Assembly: GCA_041178425.1 (NCBI GenBank)
Contig: JBEGVH010000009.1
Location: 160,001 to 224,000 of the forward strand
Direction of reading: 5' to 3'
From: Pseudomonadota bacterium
GTDB lineage: Bacteria > Bdellovibrionota > Bdellovibrionia > Bdellovibrionales > Bdellovibrionaceae
Length of the DNA: 64,000 nt
The position numbers and the translations under genes are program-made. This document shows, piece after piece, positions 60,328 through 64,000 of the stretch. The notes under the pieces were generated by a model. It saw only the letters and a list, made by a program, of their open reading frames with translations, was not told where the DNA came from and searched no databases. Position 1 is the first letter of the stretch. Each line of letters opens with the position of its first letter.

Positions 60328-62358
60328 ATGGACTTTTCACATCTGTCAAAAATTAAATGGTCACTGTTTTCATCTCAACTAACATACGTAGCCCTTGGCC
60401 TCGTCTTACTGAATAGCTTTAATGTGCAAGCGGGGACTTTCAAAAGAGTTCCTAAACCTATTAATGGTCAATACATAGTGATTTACAATGGCAGCTCGAT
60501 TGGAGACAACGGTAGCGATCTTGATGACAAAGTCTCCAAAGTGCAAATGAATTACGGAGCTCGCATTGGAACCCGTTGGAAGAAACATATCAGAGGATTT
60601 GTTGCAAAGATGTCTGAGAAAGATGCGCAACGATTAGCAACTCAATCTGACGTAGCCATTGTAGAACAAGACAGTATCGTGTATGCCAACACGACTCAAA
60701 ATGGCGCTCCCTGGGGACTTGATAGGATTGATCAAAAAAGTAGACCTCTCGACGGGCAATTCAGCTTTCAAACCACAGGCGCGGGGACAACCGCCTATGT
60801 GATCGACACCGGCATTCGCTCAACCCACCTTGAATTTTCGGGCCGAGTAAAATCTGGATATAGTGCCATTGACGATGGCTATGGAACCGAAGACTGCAAT
60901 GGCCATGGTACACACGTGGCCGGAATCCTCGGTGGAACAACCTACGGAGTTGCAAAAGACGTGACCTTAGTTCCGGTGAGAGTGCTTGATTGTAATGGCA
61001 GTGGTTCTGTCTCTGGTGTAATTTCTGGGATTGAGTGGGTTACAAGTAAACAAAAACAGTTTGGTGGTGCTGCCGTTGCTAATCTCAGCTTAGGCGGTTC
61101 TGCTTCTTACGCACTTGACACCGCCGTCCAAAATTCTGTTGCGGCCGGAGTCACGCTTGTAGTCGCTGCTGGAAACGACGGGGCCGATGCTTGCCTCTTC
61201 TCACCTTCAAGAGTGACCTCAGCGATCACAGTGGGCGCAACAAACTCAAGCGACGCACGAGAAGCGTACTCAAACTACGGATCCTGCATTGACATTTTTG
61301 CTCCTGGTGAAGCGATAACATCGGCTTTCAACACAAGCAATACCTCAACCGCCATCTACAGTGGAACTTCAATGGCGGTTCCACACGTTGCTGGCGCGGC
61401 GGCACTTTACCTCGGGCTCAACCCTGGTGCTACTCCAAGTCAAGTGGTCAATGCCCTTACTGCCAATGCTACAACCAATATAGTTAGTCTTGCTGGAACG
61501 GAATCTCCCAATCGATTACTCTTTTCGGGTTTTATCGGAGCGAATCAGCCGACGATCGACACCATTGCGCCAACCATCAACCTGACCAGTCCCACCGCGG
61601 GAGCCTCTCTTCAAGGAACCGTCACACTACTTGCTTCGGCCCAAGATGAGGCTGGTGGTAGTGGCATGGCTAAGGTTGAATTCTTTGTCGACGGCGTCAG
61701 CGTTGGCACTGTGACAACGAGCCCTTTTCAAATGGCCTGGAATTCGATCAACGCTGCTAACGGAAGCCACAACTTCTTTGCGAAAGCTACAGACGTCGCA
61801 GGCAATCTCGCTACCTCGAGCACCATCAATGCCTTGGTCTCTAACCCAACAACAACTCCAACGCCCGTCCCCGCGTGTTCAACCACAAGTCAGATTCTTG
61901 TTAATCCTGGTTTCGAGAGCGGCTCTCGATCCGGATGGCTTGCCTCCTCTGGAGTGATCACGAGCAGCTCTTCTGCACCGGCTAATTCGGGAATTTGGAA
62001 GGCTTGGCTCAATGGTTATGGAAAGTCTTCAATCAATGCCATCTCTCAAAAAGTCACGATCCCTGCCAACGCCTGCTCTGTGATCTTGAGCTATTGGTTA
62101 CGAGTTGTAACAGCAGAGCCCACCAGCGGGGGCGCGAAGGATACTCTCGTTGTATCTTTAAATTCGGCCAATGGCACCTACTTAAAGACTGTGGCTAATT
62201 ACTCAAACCTCAATGCCTCATCGACTTACCAAATGATGCGAGTCGATCTTTCGGCCTACAAAGGGCAAACCATCCAAATTCAGTTCACGGGCATTGAAAA
62301 TTCATCGAAATCGACCAGCTTCTTAGTGGATGACACCGCACTCACAATAAGTAAATAA
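60328..62358 (+). CDS. Secreted S8 subtilase (proteinase K/aqualysin type) with I9 propeptide, Ig-like domain and C-terminal beta-sandwich
   Basis: WGLDRIDQ, VIDTG (Asp), HGTHVAG (His), AAGN, GTSMA (Ser), DTIAPTINLTSP...VEFFVDG Ig-like repeat, NPGFESG domain. Confidence 0.95.
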   Translation: MDFSHLSKIKWSLFSSQLTYVALGLVLLNSFNVQAGTFKRVPKPINGQYIVIYNGSSIGDNGSDLDDKVSKVQMNYGARIGTRWKKHIRGFVAKMSEKDAQRLATQSDVAIVEQDSIVYANTTQNGAPWGLDRIDQKSRPLDGQFSFQTTGAGTTAYVIDTGIRSTHLEFSGRVKSGYSAIDDGYGTEDCNGHGTHVAGILGGTTYGVAKDVTLVPVRVLDCNGSGSVSGVISGIEWVTSKQKQFGGAAVANLSLGGSASYALDTAVQNSVAAGVTLVVAAGNDGADACLFSPSRVTSAITVGATNSSDAREAYSNYGSCIDIFAPGEAITSAFNTSNTSTAIYSGTSMAVPHVAGAAALYLGLNPGATPSQVVNALTANATTNIVSLAGTESPNRLLFSGFIGANQPTIDTIAPTINLTSPTAGASLQGTVTLLASAQDEAGGSGMAKVEFFVDGVSVGTVTTSPFQMAWNSINAANGSHNFFAKATDVAGNLATSSTINALVSNPTTTPTPVPACSTTSQILVNPGFESGSRSGWLASSGVITSSSSAPANSGIWKAWLNGYGKSSINAISQKVTIPANACSVILSYWLRVVTAEPTSGGAKDTLVVSLNSANGTYLKTVANYSNLNASSTYQMMRVDLSAYKGQTIQIQFTGIENSSKSTSFLVDDTALTISK

Positions 62359-62495
62359 GCTCACTTTATTTACATCATCAAAACAAAGGGTCTGCACAAC
62401 AAGAGCAGACACTTTGTTTTTGAACCTAAAAGCTCACCGACCTAGCTTAGGACGCCTATTTGACAAGGGTTTCAGGCATGCGATAAAATTACGTT

Positions 62496-63149
62496 ATGAG
62501 AAGGATGCTCACGTGTCTCAAGTTGATATGTCTTCTTGGAGCCACATTTTTTCAAAACCGATCACTTGCCATAAGTTCGAGGCTGAACATTCGGGAGACG
62601 ATCGATCAAGCGACAGTGAACGTGGTTGAAATCTATTCTTATGCTCAACACCCACTAACGAGCTCTAAATTAGATCGAGTCATACTTAACAACTGCCAGA
62701 ATTTATCCTACGGACCCGAACATGAGCAGCCAATGATAGGTTTTTCTTTGATGGCATTTCCCGCGGAACTCCTCGTTGACTATTTTCGGACACATCCTAA
62801 TATTTGCCCGTACTCAGCTCGCGAGGCTCTCGCCGTTATCGAAGCCAAGCTTGGTAAAAAAGTGGCTCTGAAAGTGGCCACAAATTATTTAACTTCTTTT
62901 AAAGATTTTCAAAACTACGCCTGGTTCGATGTTGTCTGGGACTTTATTCCTATGCTTCATCTTTATGATTCAACATGCACCCGCGCCCACTTGGCTGCTT
63001 TCACAAATATCTACTGCGGCTATGCTAAAACCGACGATCTCAATCATCTCATCAAACAATACTACAAAAAGTGTAAAAACCGGTTTGTTCAATGCGAGAA
63101 ACACAGAAGAAACTTATTTAATCAAACGGCAACTAATTTAGGAACTTGA
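62496..63149 (+). CDS. Hypothetical secreted Cys-containing protein
   Basis: Signal-like N-terminus, 217-aa ORF. Confidence 0.65.
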   Translation: MRRMLTCLKLICLLGATFFQNRSLAISSRLNIRETIDQATVNVVEIYSYAQHPLTSSKLDRVILNNCQNLSYGPEHEQPMIGFSLMAFPAELLVDYFRTHPNICPYSAREALAVIEAKLGKKVALKVATNYLTSFKDFQNYAWFDVVWDFIPMLHLYDSTCTRAHLAAFTNIYCGYAKTDDLNHLIKQYYKKCKNRFVQCEKHRRNLFNQTATNLGT

Positions 63150-63180
63150 CCCCTCCATTGCCTGGAGTTATGCCTTCGGT

Positions 63181-64000
63181 ATGATTGACTCAAATTTAAA
63201 AACCGAAGACGAAGCAACGCCTCACTTAAACCCAAATTCCTCCTTAGATACCAGCAGGGATCCGGAGTTACATTGGTTCCAGACGGTCTACCAGGGTGAC
63301 ACCGTTCCTCAACTCACTTTTCGAGCCATAGCCATGGGTTCTCTCCTCGGCGGATTTATGGCGCTATCGAACCTCTATGTGGGTCTTAAAACTGGGTGGG
63401 GCCTTGGCGTCGCTATCACCGCTTGTATTTTATCTTTTGCTATTTATCGCACATTGATGACAGTTTTTCCCAAGCTTTTTCGTTCAGAGCTTTCGATCTT
63501 AGAAAACAACTGCATGCAATCAACTGCGTCTTCCGCTGGCTACTCCACGGGCGGCACAATGACTTCAGCTATTGCCGCCTATCTTCTCGTCACAGGCCAA
63601 CACATTCCTTGGGGCTTACTCGCGTGGTGGACTTTTTTCCTCGCCGCCCTTGGTGTTTTTATGGCGATCCCGATGAAGCGCCAAATGATCAATATCGAAC
63701 AACTCAAGTTCCCAAGCGGTATCGCCGCCGCCGAAACTCTCAAGAGCTTGCACTCACAAGGAACTGAAGCCGTTAGTAAGGCGCGATCACTGGGTGTGGC
63801 CGGAGCTTTTGGTGCTCTCATCGCTTGGTTCAGAGATGCCGGCAAACCTTTTTCTATTCCTGGAATGATTCCCTTTCCAGGTTCGATCAACGGAATCCCC
63901 TTAGCAAAATACACCATCTCTTTTGAAATGAGTGCCATCATGATCGCAGCCGGTGCTATCATGGGTTGGAAAATTGCCTGGTCTATGCTTCTCGGCGGAA
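63181..64000 (+). CDS. OPT-family oligopeptide transporter, 5' part (runs off the window end)
   Basis: Manual translation gives ...VPQLTFRAIAMGSLLGGFMALSNLYVGLKTGWG...LENNCMQSTASSAG...LKFPSGIAAAETL. Absent from the ORF track because it has no stop. Confidence 0.92.
   Translation, partial: MIDSNLKTEDEATPHLNPNSSLDTSRDPELHWFQTVYQGDTVPQLTFRAIAMGSLLGGFMALSNLYVGLKTGWGLGVAITACILSFAIYRTLMTVFPKLFRSELSILENNCMQSTASSAGYSTGGTMTSAIAAYLLVTGQHIPWGLLAWWTFFLAALGVFMAIPMKRQMINIEQLKFPSGIAAAETLKSLHSQGTEAVSKARSLGVAGAFGALIAWFRDAGKPFSIPGMIPFPGSINGIPLAKYTISFEMSAIMIAAGAIMGWKIAWSMLLGG

Noticed and set aside
63396..63962. Two track ORFs at the window end
   Set aside because: Shadows of the OPT transporter frame starting at 63181

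Overview
A gene-dense bacterial chromosomal segment. It is most likely from a Bdellovibrionota (predatory-lineage) genome. This is inferred from the many orphan secreted proteins, a pilin-like gene, fliL, an L,D-transpeptidase, a SleB-like hydrolase and sigma28/sigma54 motifs, and is not database-confirmed. Housekeeping content: lptD, an M16 peptidase pair, sppA-HIT-rhomboid, ilvE, asnS, tRNA-fMet, yceD-rpmF-fabH-fabD-fabG-acpP-fabF, a 2-oxoacid:ferredoxin oxidoreductase pair with glutaryl-CoA dehydrogenase, ftsH-rhomboid, fbaA, fadBA, an S8 protease and a partial OPT transporter. Main highlights: (1) a complete [NiFe]-hydrogenase maturation operon (hypFEABCD) with no hydrogenase gene in the window; (2) a signal-peptide-bearing 781-aa protein fusing a nucleoside phosphorylase/nucleosidase domain to a DarT/ART-like domain; (3) a secreted pseudokinase; (4) four sigma54 promoters, all in front of exported proteins; (5) a perfect Fur box in front of a 63-aa Cys/His ORF; (6) a recurring RxPAS peptide motif in three orphans; (7) a two-component system whose regulator gene and neighbouring lipoprotein gene share an upstream motif. 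No CRISPR array, rRNA, integrase or transposase was seen. All family calls come from motif recognition by eye, with no searches run.
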